Of a DNA stretch of 64,000 bases, positions 52,401-63,017 are shown one piece after another. The position numbers and the translations under genes are program-made. The notes under the pieces were generated by a model, which saw nothing but the letters and a program-made list of their open reading frames with translations, did not search any database and had not been told where the DNA came from. Origin of the DNA: Anaerolineae bacterium (lineage in GTDB: Bacteria; Chloroflexota; Anaerolineae; UBA1429); contig OY776562.1 in the NCBI GenBank assembly GCA_963675785.1, positions 1,024,001 through 1,088,000 on the forward strand, in the 5' to 3' direction. How positions within the stretch are numbered: the first letter of the stretch is position 1; every line of letters starts with the position of its first letter.

Positions 52401-55400
52401 GCTGATGCTTGCTGTAGCTGCTCCTGTTTTCCCCACACCCGTGGGGATGGACCGCGCTAGACTGTGCAGTAAAAGAAGCCGTAAAGTTTTCCCCACACCC
52501 GTGGGGATGGACCGGTTTATCGCTGGATTGTCGAGGCCCTAACGATGTTTTCCCCACACCCGTGGGGATGGACCGGCCCTGTCGGACGCTGGTGCCAACT
52601 TGCCCTAGTTTTCCCCACACCCGTGGGGATGGACCGGCGAGCGTAATCGTTCATGCGCAAGGGCAGGCGTTTTCCCCACACCCGTGGGGATGGACCGGAC
52701 GAAGTTGAAGAAAAAGTTGCGAATGCAAGGTTTTCCCCACACCCGTGGGGATGGACCGCCTTTGCAGCGATCTCACAGGCGCCTGGCGCAGTTTTCCCCA
52801 CACCCGTGGGGATGGACCGCCACGGGGTACAACATGAAATACTGGCTCGTGGTTTTCCCCACACCCGTGGGGATGGACCGCCTGCTCGTGCCTGGAAAGA
52901 GCACGGTCTTGAGTTTTCCCCACACCCGTGGGGATGGACCGGCAGGCTCTCCCTGGGCGGGGCGCCTACAAACGTTTTCCCCACACCCGTGGGGATGGAC
53001 CGCTCAGCAGGGTGCGCTTTCGATACGCAGTTACGTTTTCCCCACACCCGTGGGGATGGACCGTGGGTCGGCGTATGCTGGTTATGCCGACAAAGGTTTT
53101 CCCCACACCCGTGGGGATGGACCGTATCCGAGCATCTTCCTCACAATGAACAACCAGTTTTCCCCACACCCGTGGGGATGGACCGCCAATAGCCCAGCTA
53201 CACATACAATTGCATATAGTTTTCCCCACACCCGTGGGGATGGACCGCTTTAGTCAGATGTCGGGCGGCGAACAGATGTGTTTTCCCCACACCCGTGGGG
53301 ATGGACCGTAAAACGATACGGGAGACAGTGACGGTGATACGTTTTCCCCACACCCGTGGGGATGGACCGACTGGAAACCGGCCAACACGGGGATCATGGA
53401 CGTTTTCCCCACACCCGTGGGGATGGACCGGCTGGCGGACAAAGCCCGCTAAACGACAGTTGGTTTTCCCCACACCCGTGGGGATGGACCGGCGTAGACG
53501 TGCAGGGCGATGCTCTACGACTGGTTTTCCCCACACCCGTGGGGATGGACCGACAAGATTGTGCGAATCGCTGGGTTGTTTGGCGTTTTCCCCACACCCG
53601 TGGGGATGGACCGCAACAAACTCTTGAGTGTGTTCCTCGACATACGTTTTCCCCACACCCGTGGGGATGGACCGCACCTTCATCCCGCCCTCAACCACAA
53701 CCCCGTGTTTTCCCCACACCCGTGGGGATGGACCGGCGATAACCGTTTTCGCTGGGGCAAAGGGAACGTTTTCCCCACACCCGTGGGGATGGACCGGGCA
53801 ATCAGTCCGCAAACGGCGGTGGCCACCGTTTTCCCCACACCCGTGGGGATGGACCGGGCTGGGTACTGATTGTCGAGGGCGAGAGCGAGTTTTCCCCACA
53901 CCCGTGGGGATGGACCGTAGCTGTACGCTATGCGTTCTCTGGCAATCTTGTTTTCCCCACACCCGTGGGGATGGACCGCTTATTGACTACGCCGTTATGT
54001 AGTCCGTTAAGTTTTCCCCACACCCGTGGGGATGGACCGAAATATTTTCATCTCTTACTCCTGGCTTCTTGGTTTTCCCCACACCCGTGGGGATGGACCG
54101 GCAGAATTTGGCCGCGTCTCTCATATTCTCTAGTTTTCCCCACACCCGTGGGGATGGACCAGCGATTCATCTGAAATACCATCATATAATACGTTTTCCC
54201 CACACCCGTGGGGATGGACCGAAGCCTTTTACTCAAAACATAACTGCTATGAAGTTTTCCCCACACCCGTGGGGATGGACCGGCGTGAACAGCTTGACTT
54301 GGGCGACGGCCTTCGTTTTCCCCACACCCGTGGGGATGGACCGGCACTGTGGTTTCCTCTTTTTGCGCTGACAGTGTTTTCCCCACACCCGTGGGGATGG
54401 ACCGGTCCGAACTGCTTGTTTTCTAGGGCTAGACTTGTTTTCCCCACACCCGTGGGGATGGACCGAGCTGTCGATGGATGGTAGCTTTTCGCCATTAGTT
54501 TTCCCCACACCCGTGGGGATGGACCGATAAGGGCGCGGCGATCAGGGAGGCCATTGATGTTTTCCCCACACCCGTGGGGATGGACCGCAAAGGCCCTGGC
54601 CGAACTAGACATACTACAAGTTTTCCCCACACCCGTGGGGATGGACCGTACAGCGGTGGTGACTATCCACTTTTCTCTGTGTTTTCCCCACACCCGTGGG
54701 GATGGACCGTATACGTAATAATACGGGGATAAAATGTCGGGGTTTTCCCCACACCCGTGGGGATGGACCGGATTTGGATGTGTGATTCAACGGCGTCTAC
54801 GTTTTCCCCACACCCGTGGGGATGGACCGTTCCCAATCACGCCGAATCTCAGCACGACGACGTTTTCCCCACACCCGTGGGGATGGACCGGAAAACCATG
54901 AAACGAGCATCAGAACTCATAGGTTTTCCCCACACCCGTGGGGATGGACCGCACGACCGAGAACCGAGACAACCCCCACGGAAGTTTTCCCCACACCCGT
55001 GGGGATGGACCGGCTATCAACTTGAGCCTCCAACATATACATCTGTTTTCCCCACACCCGTGGGGATGGACCGATCCATACCAACCTCCATCAGTGCCCC
55101 CTACCGTTTTCCCCACACCCGTGGGGATGGACCGCCTTCTGGATGTCCATTGGCCCAAGTTTCACGGTTTTCCCCACACCCGTGGGGATGGACCGGAAGG
55201 TACCTCTGAGGGCTGGGTAAGCGTCGTGTTTTCCCCACACCCGTGGGGATGGACCTGTACCTCCTCAGTTGTTTGCGAATCAATTGGCGTTTTCCCCACA
55301 CCCGTGGGGATGGACCGCCTTGCTGATGTGTGGAATGCGGTCGAGCCATGGTTTTCCCCACACCCGTGGGGATGGACCGACGCGTCATACGCCGGAAAAT

Positions 55401-58105
55401 GCCGCTCATCGTTTTCCCCACACCCGTGGGGATGGACCGGCTCAGTGCGAGCAATACAGCGCGCTAGCTCGTTTTCCCCACACCCGTGGGGATGGACCCT
55501 ATCATAGCCGGATAAAGATGCGCCCCACTTGGTTTTCCCCACACCCGTGGGGATGGACCGTATTGCGAGGTCAGACTCGTCTTTCTCTTGATGTTTTCCC
55601 CACACCCGTGGGGATGGACCGGCCCTAGGCTGCGATACGGGCTCATTTTATAAGTTTTCCCCACACCCGTGGGGATGGACCGTATAGTGCTCGACCTCTT
55701 CCGAATTGATGATAGTTTTCCCCACACCCGTGGGGATGGACCGTCCAACCATGACACAATTATATGTTGCTGAATGTTTTCCCCACACCCGTGGGGATGG
55801 ACCGTCCAACCATGACACAATTATATGTTGCTGAATGTTTTCCCCACACCCGTGGGGATGGACCGTCAATGCGGAGTTTGTAACCAGAGCCGCCCAGTTT
55901 TCCCCACACCCGTGGGGATGGACCGGCGCGTTGTGTTACAGCCATGGTACTTGGGTTGTTTTCCCCACACCCGTGGGGATGGACCGAACTTGAACAAATA
56001 CTGGAGCAGCACCAATTGGTTTTCCCCACACCCGTGGGGATGGACCGGGATAGCGGCTTGGGATGAGACCAACGGAGAAGTTTTCCCCACACCCGTGGGG
56101 ATGGACCGTGCTGAGTGGGGGGGGCAGATCAACGAAAACGTTTTCCCCACACCCGTGGGGATGGACCGCAATAATGAAACTTGGAGGGTTTAACAATGAC
56201 GTTTTCCCCACACCCGTGGGGATGGACCAGTACCAAGAAAAGTTCTTTTCACGCCAAAGTCGTTTTCCCCACACCCGTGGGGATGGACCGGTGCGCCTTG
56301 AGAACGAGGTGCGCCGCGCTGAGTTTTCCCCACACCCGTGGGGATGGACCGAGCAAATTACTATGGATATGGACGCCAAGATTGTTTTCCCCACACCCGT
56401 GGGGATGGACCGTCTGACACTGCTGCTAGTGCGTTGGTATTGAGGTTTTCCCCACACCCGTGGGGATGGACCGGAGATCGTGCGTCTAGAGAAAGATATT
56501 TCGGAGTTTTCCCCACACCCGTGGGGATGGACCGGTCTGCAGCATTAATGAGAGGGCGCCGGCTAAGTTTTCCCCACACCCGTGGGGATGGACCGTCTGA
56601 CACTGCTGCTAGTGCGTTGGTATTGAGGTTTTCCCCACACCCGTGGGGATGGACCGTTCGCTGAAGCGGAATACAATCGGCTAGCAGAGTTTTCCCCACA
56701 CCCGTGGGGATGGACCGAGCGCTCACGATATTTATCTCTCTTTCCAGCGTTTTCCCCACACCCGTGGGGATGGACCGGGATTCGCATTGAGCTCGGCCTT
56801 GCTAATGAGGTTTTCCCCACACCCGTGGGGATGGACCGACCGCGATACCAAACTGAAAATCGCCGATACTGTTTTCCCCACACCCGTGGGGATGGACCGA
56901 GAGTGGGGAATGAGCAATAAGCATGATAACTGTTTTCCCCACACCCGTGGGGATGGACCGGGATGGGTGTTGATTGTCGAGGGCGAGAGCGAGTTTTCCC
57001 CACACCCGTGGGGATGGACCGCGCACTCACCATCGTATACGACCCTCCAGACCGTTTTCCCCACACCCGTGGGGATGGACCGGCGTAAATGCTAATACCT
57101 GTTTGGGGATCAGCGTTTTCCCCACACCCGTGGGGATGGACCGCCTCTTTAAAAGCATTTTCGCCAACTTTTTCGTTTTCCCCACACCCGTGGGGATGGA
57201 CCGAGTTTACGGCGGTGAGCCTCGTTCGTCTCTTGGTTTTCCCCACACCCGTGGGGATGGACCGGCTGTCCAGGCGTCGCTGTCCAGCGCATAGAGGTTT
57301 TCCCCACACCCGTGGGGATGGACCTGCACATCTTTGTGCCGCGGCCGCGTGATACACGTTTTCCCCACACCCGTGGGGATGGACCGTTACGAAAGGCTAT
57401 CAAGGTCGTTATGTCGACGTTTTCCCCACACCCGTGGGGATGGACCGTAGCTGTACGCTACGCGTTCCCGAGCAATTTTGTTTTCCCCACACCCGTGGGG
57501 ATGGACCGTTACGGATGTTTTACAGTCGCCACGAAGACAAGTTTTCCCCACACCCGTGGGGATGGACCGGCAGGCATTGAGTGGTTGATTGGGCTGTTGC
57601 CGTTTTCCCCACACCCGTGGGGATGGACCGACGTGCGTGGGAGCGTTACCCATTCAGCTCAGTTTTCCCCACACCCGTGGGGATGGACCGGCATATCTTT
57701 TGAATGCGTGGACAAGAGCAAAGTTTTCCCCACACCCGTGGGGATGGACCGCTGATTGGCAATGCGTTACAGCCTGATAGCCGTTTTCCCCACACCCGTG
57801 GGGATGGACCGGATGGCCCCGGTAAGGTCGCAGCTGGCAAGGTGTTTTCCCCACACCCGTGGGGATGGACCGATTATGCCCGTCTTTTGGTAGCACGAGC
57901 ATAAGTTTTCCCCACACCCGTGGGGATGGACCAAAAACGGCCGGCCAGAACCACTTGATGAACTCGTTTTCCCCACACCCGTGGGGATGGACCGCCGCCC
58001 TTTGATGTGGCCTGCTGGTGCTGAATGTTTTCCCCACACCCGTGGGGATGGACCGTGTACATCACTGCAAAGGCAAATGCAACCGTTATGCGTTATGCCA
58101 GTATG

Positions 58106-58402
58106 CTACACCAAGAACCCCAACGATCGCAGAATCGGGTTGCTATCTTTCATCACCTGTTGTAGTTTATCCCACAACACTTGTTGGTCGGCACGTAGTT
58201 CATGTATGGCTACATATTCCCGAATCTCACTAAGATGCGAGAGCTCGGAGCCAAAATCGGCGATCATTGATGACTGTGCTTCCGAATGGTAACTATCCCA
58301 TTCATCAGCCAGTTCGTGGGCGCCTTCCCACGTTGCAATAAGCATGGGCACAAGCCGATCAAACTCCTCACCCGAGAAATCTGGAAAACTTACCTTATCC
58401 AC
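58106..58402 (-). CDS. 98-aa acidic, likely helical protein inside the CRISPR array (immunity/antitoxin-like, inferred)
   Basis: GTG start overlapping the upstream ORF stop, with an AAGGTG SD-like motif; MDKVSFPDF...RSLGFLV*. Confidence 0.55.
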   Translation of the reverse strand: MDKVSFPDFSGEEFDRLVPMLIATWEGAHELADEWDSYHSEAQSSMIADFGSELSHLSEIREYVAIHELRADQQVLWDKLQQVMKDSNPILRSLGFLV

Positions 58403-58656
58403 ACTGCACCTTCTGGTACTGCAACCGAGCCTTTTGTTTGGAAACCCGTAATAATTGTACCATAGTCGGCATTGTAAACAACCCACAAGAATGCCTTTCG
58501 ACCTCTCCCCAATCGATTCCTTGATATCGTGTTTGGAGCCAATACCCCCAATACATAGCGTCCATCCTCCATTCGGTAGATAGCTAGCTTGCTCTCGACC
58601 TGCTCAATCGCTGTATGAAGATCGGCTACATACTCTTCAATAGTTGTACTCGATAG
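58390..58656 (-). pseudogene. 5'-truncated gene fragment (88 aa) inside the CRISPR array, toxin-like (inferred)
   Basis: Open frame from the repeat junction to TAA with no in-insert start covering the fragment; ...LWVVYNADYGTIITGFQ...VWIR*. Confidence 0.5.
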
Positions 58657-59171
58657 CCGTTTTCCCCACACCCGTGGGGATGGACCCACAACATGGAACT
58701 TTGCGGCGATTACTGTTTCGTTTTCCCCACACCCGTGGGGATGGACCGTTGACATATCCCAACCCTAACATGTACTCAAAGTTTTCCCCACACCCGTGGG
58801 GATGGACCGGCATGCACCATGCCGCCCTGCAAAGGACCCGGGTTTTCCCCATACCCGTGGGGATGGACTGTGGGTGGCTAGTTTGCTAATCGAAGCGGCC
58901 GAGTTCTTCCCACACCCGGGGGCAATTGGAAAGATGCTGAAGAGTGGTATTCTCCGTTATAATATACAGAATGGGATAAATCAGTTTGTTGATTCTTTCT
59001 GCAAAGCCTCAGGTTCCGTGGGGATGAACCTTGAAATTGTGGTGCATCACGTCTTTGAAATTCGTTTCCTCACATAAGTGGGGATAGACCTCCATGGGGT
59101 CGTGATTATGTACGACGCATTGACTATGCCCTGACATCTGAGTCCGCCTATCCCTGGGAGAAACGTGAATC

Positions 59172-59822
59172 ATGCGATATCACCACATTCTGTTCGACTT
59201 GGACGGCACCCTTACGGACCCGGCTCAGGGAATCTGTGGTAGTGTCATGTATGCCCTTCAAAAGGGAGGCTATCCTGCTGGGGAACTATCTGATTATTAT
59301 CGTTTTATCGGTCCGCCTCTTTTAGAATCCCTGCAGAACCACTGCCACACCACGCAGAAAAAAGCCCTAGTACTCCTTGAGTACTACCGCGAACGTTACG
59401 CCGCTGTCGGTCTGTTTGAAAATCGTGTTTACCCCGGCATCCCTGAGCTCTTATCCGCACTGCATGGCGCTGGTGCCGAACTCATCCTTGCCACCAGCAA
59501 GCCGGAAAACTTTGCCAAACAGATCCTGGAGCATTTTGAATTGGCGCAGTATTTTGACTGCATAACCGGCAGCGATTTATCGGGTCTGCGGGATAAAAAG
59601 GCCCTGGTCATCGCTGAGGCGCTCAAGCGACGCAGCCTTACCGAGCTTGCCGATTGCATCATGGTGGGCGATCGCCTGCACGATGTCTTGGGGGCGAGGG
59701 AATGCGGCCTCGATAGCGTGGGTGTGCTTTATGGCTATGGCAGTGTCGAAGAACTCGAAAAGGCGGGTGCGACCTTTGTCGTTGATACCGTGGAGGACCT
59801 TTGTCAATTCCTTTTGGAGTGA
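59172..59822 (+). CDS. HAD-family hydrolase (phosphoglycolate phosphatase/5'-nucleotidase-like)
   Basis: FDLDGTLTD, FIGPPL, ATSK, MVGDRLHD. Confidence 0.9.
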   Translation: MRYHHILFDLDGTLTDPAQGICGSVMYALQKGGYPAGELSDYYRFIGPPLLESLQNHCHTTQKKALVLLEYYRERYAAVGLFENRVYPGIPELLSALHGAGAELILATSKPENFAKQILEHFELAQYFDCITGSDLSGLRDKKALVIAEALKRRSLTELADCIMVGDRLHDVLGARECGLDSVGVLYGYGSVEELEKAGATFVVDTVEDLCQFLLE

Positions 59823-59831
59823 TTGATTAGC

Positions 59832-60626
59832 TTACGTAGGAAAGAATGTCTCCCGCATGAGCTTTTTTTCACTCTGCTGTTGCGCCACGATCACAAAGCG
59901 GTGCTCTGTCCCCTCGATGTATCCCTTTTCCTCGATCTCTTCCTGGCACCGAACGAGCTTGTCATAATATTTCTCGACCGAAAACCCCGGGAACTCCTAT
60001 TCGATGATCTTGCAAAAGTAGACCAGCGCGCCCACATCAAAAAAGCGGATGGGCGTGAAAACCTCTTCAGCTCGCAGGATTTCGAAATGCTCCGCCCGCA
60101 AAGCGGCCACGTTATTCTCCAGCGTGTGCTGCGGAAAGGGCGGTTCCAAGCCGTCAATCAGCCTCATGGCCAAGTCCATGTCGTTCTTGCCGCCGACCTG
60201 CTGCGTTACGAAATGGCCGCCGCCTTTTAGAATGCGGCCAATCTCTCTGGCATCGAACGCCTCATGGCGGTTGATGATCATGTCAAAGCCGTCATTTTCG
60301 AATGGCAAGATGGCGTCGTCAAAGACCTGTTCCACAGTAATACCCAAGGGCGCGAGTTTCTCTTTGCACAGGAGCACGTTGCGGGGATATGCCTCTGTCA
60401 CCGAGGTCAGCTCGTAAGGGTGCCCCAACGAGAGCAGGAATTCGCCGCCGCCCGTGCCCATGTCCAACAGCTTGTCCGTGCTCTTCAGATAGGTTTGGAG
60501 GATGATCTTGTAATCCCAGGGGATATCCTCACCCTCCCACCTTCCGTCAAGGTGCGAGAAATCCCAACCCTGAAAGGCATGTTTCTCTTCGGCTTGCCAT
60601 ATCTCCCTGGCGTTTTGCAGTTTCAT
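59832..60626 (-). pseudogene. Class I SAM methyltransferase with an in-frame TAG at 59997-59999
   Basis: GWDFS, LDMGTGGGE, TQQVG; frame continues after the TAG as EFPGFSVEKY...EHRFVIVA. Confidence 0.7.
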
Positions 60627-60655
60627 GAATCCCTTGCTCCTTGGTGGTGAAAAAG

Positions 60656-62377
60656 CTAGGCCTCCCAAACCACCTCGTCGTTGAAATCGTAAACCACGGT
60701 CTTGCCGCTGGCGCGGACATAGACGATGCCACTGTCCCACTTGGATTGCAGGTAGGGGGAATCATAGGTGTCGTAATGCGCGTCCATCAGTTCACCGTTT
60801 ACATAGCGGCCTTTCTTGGTGATGCGCAGGTTGGCATAGGCCAGCGTCATAGTCTGGGCGTCGAACTGGGGGCGCTGGGCGCGCATGGCTTGGCAAAACG
60901 CGGCAAAGGAGCCGTTCTCGGCCTCGGTGCCCACCTGGCAAACCAGAGCATTCTGCCTTCCCCGGCTAATGACCTCGTTGCCCGCGTACTGGTCCTCGCG
61001 CATGATCTCGTATCCCTTGGGGAAATGCAGAGCCACGTACACCTTGTCGCGGCGCAGCAACAGCAGGTTGTCCTCTTCCAGCACCTCCTCAAAGGCGGCC
61101 AAGGGCACTCGCGCGTGGATGAAATCGTGCTCCTCTTCCTTTTGGATGTCGTACATCGAGAGGACCACGTTCTTTTGGCAGTAAAAAGTGCCGCAGCAGC
61201 AGCCCAGGTCGCCCGTCCAATAGCCGTGCTGGTTGAAATAACTGCTATGCCCGGGGTGATGCCCGAATATTTTGATGCCCGTATCGCCGGCTAGGGTCAA
61301 ATCCCACTCGTGCTGCTGATGGTGGGCGTACCAGGCGTCGCCGTCCTGCAATCGGTAGTCATCCTGCTGATTCACCGCGCCGATGGCGTAATCGTCGGTC
61401 AGATAGGTGTATTTGCTAATGCGGCCGTTGGTGATGAATAGTTCCTTCCAAAGGATATCGTGGCCCTGCATCCAGGCGCTCATGATGTGCAGGTTCTTGG
61501 CCTCGCGATTCTCATAGGGAAAGGTGCGCCCCATGGCCATCTCATAGACGATGTCGCTGGGCACATAGGTGGTCAGGCAGGCAGACGACTTGGGCGGGGC
61601 CACCTTCTCGCTGGCATAGCGCCCGCCAAAGTAGAGCACATAGTAGGAAAAGAGGGGGCTACCCAGATTGTCCATAGCGGCTGGCTCGTAAATACGCCCG
61701 TGAGCGCCGCCCAGCAATCCGCCGTCCAGGCAATCCGCGGCCATGTCCATCAGCATCAGGTCGATCATCATGTGGGTCATGTGCTTGAGCTTTTCATCGG
61801 TACAGAAATCGTACAGCGTCTCCATGGCCAACAGCACTTCAGCGCCATAACCGCAGGAATCGAACTCGCCCCAGCCCCGTCGCGCCCGAAAGCGGATGAA
61901 CTCGCGCAAATACGCCTGATCCTCGTTCAGCAGCTCTTGGGTGGCTTTGCCATACTGGCTAAAGGTCTCCCCGGCGTAAAACTGGGCGGCTAGGTATCGC
62001 GAGACGTAGAACAGCAGGGAATGGTTTTCCGAACCGTGCATGCTGGAGAAATCCTGGGTAAGAAAGAACCGCTTGACCGCCTTACGCACCGGTTCGGTCA
62101 GCAGGTCCTCGCTTTGATAGAGGGTGCGCATCAGCCGAATCGCCGTAAAGTCCACCTCGCCCCGATGGTCGCGGCCCGTGGGGTGGGGCAGCTCGTACCA
62201 GCGCGCCGCCCGTAACAACGCCTCGTTGGCTCGATCGATATCCTGATTGAAATAGAGGTGCAGCATGGCATCGTCGCCATAGATATCCCAATCGCCTTGC
62301 TTGGCGAGCAATTGGCGGGCGTTGGCCTCTTTGCGTTGGGCTAGCTGGCTCTTGGCTTCAATCATCTGCTGGTTCAT
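60656..62377 (-). CDS. Hypothetical protein, possibly polysaccharide-lyase/heparinase-like
   Basis: Long ORF with SENH, GWGEFDS..Y and GGAHGR motifs. Confidence 0.6.
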   Translation of the reverse strand: MNQQMIEAKSQLAQRKEANARQLLAKQGDWDIYGDDAMLHLYFNQDIDRANEALLRAARWYELPHPTGRDHRGEVDFTAIRLMRTLYQSEDLLTEPVRKAVKRFFLTQDFSSMHGSENHSLLFYVSRYLAAQFYAGETFSQYGKATQELLNEDQAYLREFIRFRARRGWGEFDSCGYGAEVLLAMETLYDFCTDEKLKHMTHMMIDLMLMDMAADCLDGGLLGGAHGRIYEPAAMDNLGSPLFSYYVLYFGGRYASEKVAPPKSSACLTTYVPSDIVYEMAMGRTFPYENREAKNLHIMSAWMQGHDILWKELFITNGRISKYTYLTDDYAIGAVNQQDDYRLQDGDAWYAHHQQHEWDLTLAGDTGIKIFGHHPGHSSYFNQHGYWTGDLGCCCGTFYCQKNVVLSMYDIQKEEEHDFIHARVPLAAFEEVLEEDNLLLLRRDKVYVALHFPKGYEIMREDQYAGNEVISRGRQNALVCQVGTEAENGSFAAFCQAMRAQRPQFDAQTMTLAYANLRITKKGRYVNGELMDAHYDTYDSPYLQSKWDSGIVYVRASGKTVVYDFNDEVVWEA

Positions 62378-62462
62378 GCGGTGCACTCCTTTTTCCATGT
62401 AAGCAGCACCATCATGGCCATTTGTGGGGCGCTGTCAAGCGGAGGAAAGGGGGACGGTGCTC

Positions 62463-62930
62463 GGCCGGGACTTGCGGTCTGCGACCGCTGGGGTCTCCGG
62501 CCTAGGGTTAGGTGTCCTTCGGACATTGACCTCTTGAAAAGGGAGTCCGTAGGACGTCTATTCTTAGCCAGGAGACGTCAGACGCCGTCTGCGGCGTCCA
62601 GTCCCTGGCGGAACGGGTAGGCGAGATATCCCTGGGGCTGAAGCCCCAGGCTCAGCAAGGTCTGCCCTGCGGGCAGGTGCTTTTGGGTGAGGTGGGTTTG
62701 TAAGGTTGGCGAGTGGCCGGGACTGGCGGTCTGTGACCGCTGAGGTCACGCCGCATCTATGATGCGGACGCACCTATGATGCGGACGCACCTTGGGTGCG
62801 GGGCCTAATACAAGGTGTCTTACGGACATTAACTTCTTGAAAAAAGGTCCGAAGGACGTCTATTCCTAGCAACGCGTCGCTTGCGACGCGCGAGACCTCA
62901 GACGCCGTCTGCGGCGTCCAGTCCCTGGCG
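62463..62930. repeat. Two diverged copies (62463-62610, 62715-62930) of a multi-hairpin REP/MITE-like element
   Basis: Shared blocks GGCCGGGAC..GCGGTC.GACCGC, GTCC.(T/A)AGGACGTCTATTC, TCAGACGCCGTCTGCGGCGTCCAGTCCCTGGCG; central CCTGGGGCTGAAGCCCCAGG. Confidence 0.75.
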
Positions 62931-63017
62931 ATCCTTTTGATCTGTAACCTACGCTTTTGAGTCTCCCGTTAGGGAGGGTTTGCTGGCCTAGCACCCAGTC
63001 TTGCAAAACAAGGCAGT

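Larger units (their letters stand above)
49435..58931 (+). CRISPR. Type I-E array; repeat GTTTTCCCCACACCCGTGGGGATGGACCG (29 nt); about 147 repeats, mostly 32-nt spacers, one 603-bp insert
   Basis: Hand count: 142 repeats from 49435 to 58055, then repeats at 58659, 58720, 58781 and degenerate ones at 58842 and 58903. Confidence 0.98.

Noticed and set aside
49371-58065. Dozens of ORFs across the CRISPR array (FPTPVGMDR / PHPWGW / VWGK repeats)
   Set aside because: They are translations of the stop-free repeat, not genes
58056-58658. Insertion sequence as the explanation for the array interruption
   Set aside because: No transposase-like ORF, terminal inverted repeats or target duplication, and the flanking repeats are intact
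49435-58931. Self-targeting spacers against this window
   Set aside because: None noticed by eye; not exhaustive, and a BLASTN is needed
59172-59822. HAD hydrolase as a CRISPR accessory gene
   Set aside because: Common housekeeping-type family, and only adjacency supports a link
59997-59999. Amber recoding (pyrrolysine or an alternative code)
   Set aside because: TAG is an ordinary stop in many genes here (cas5, cas1, cas2, porD), and no pyl genes are seen
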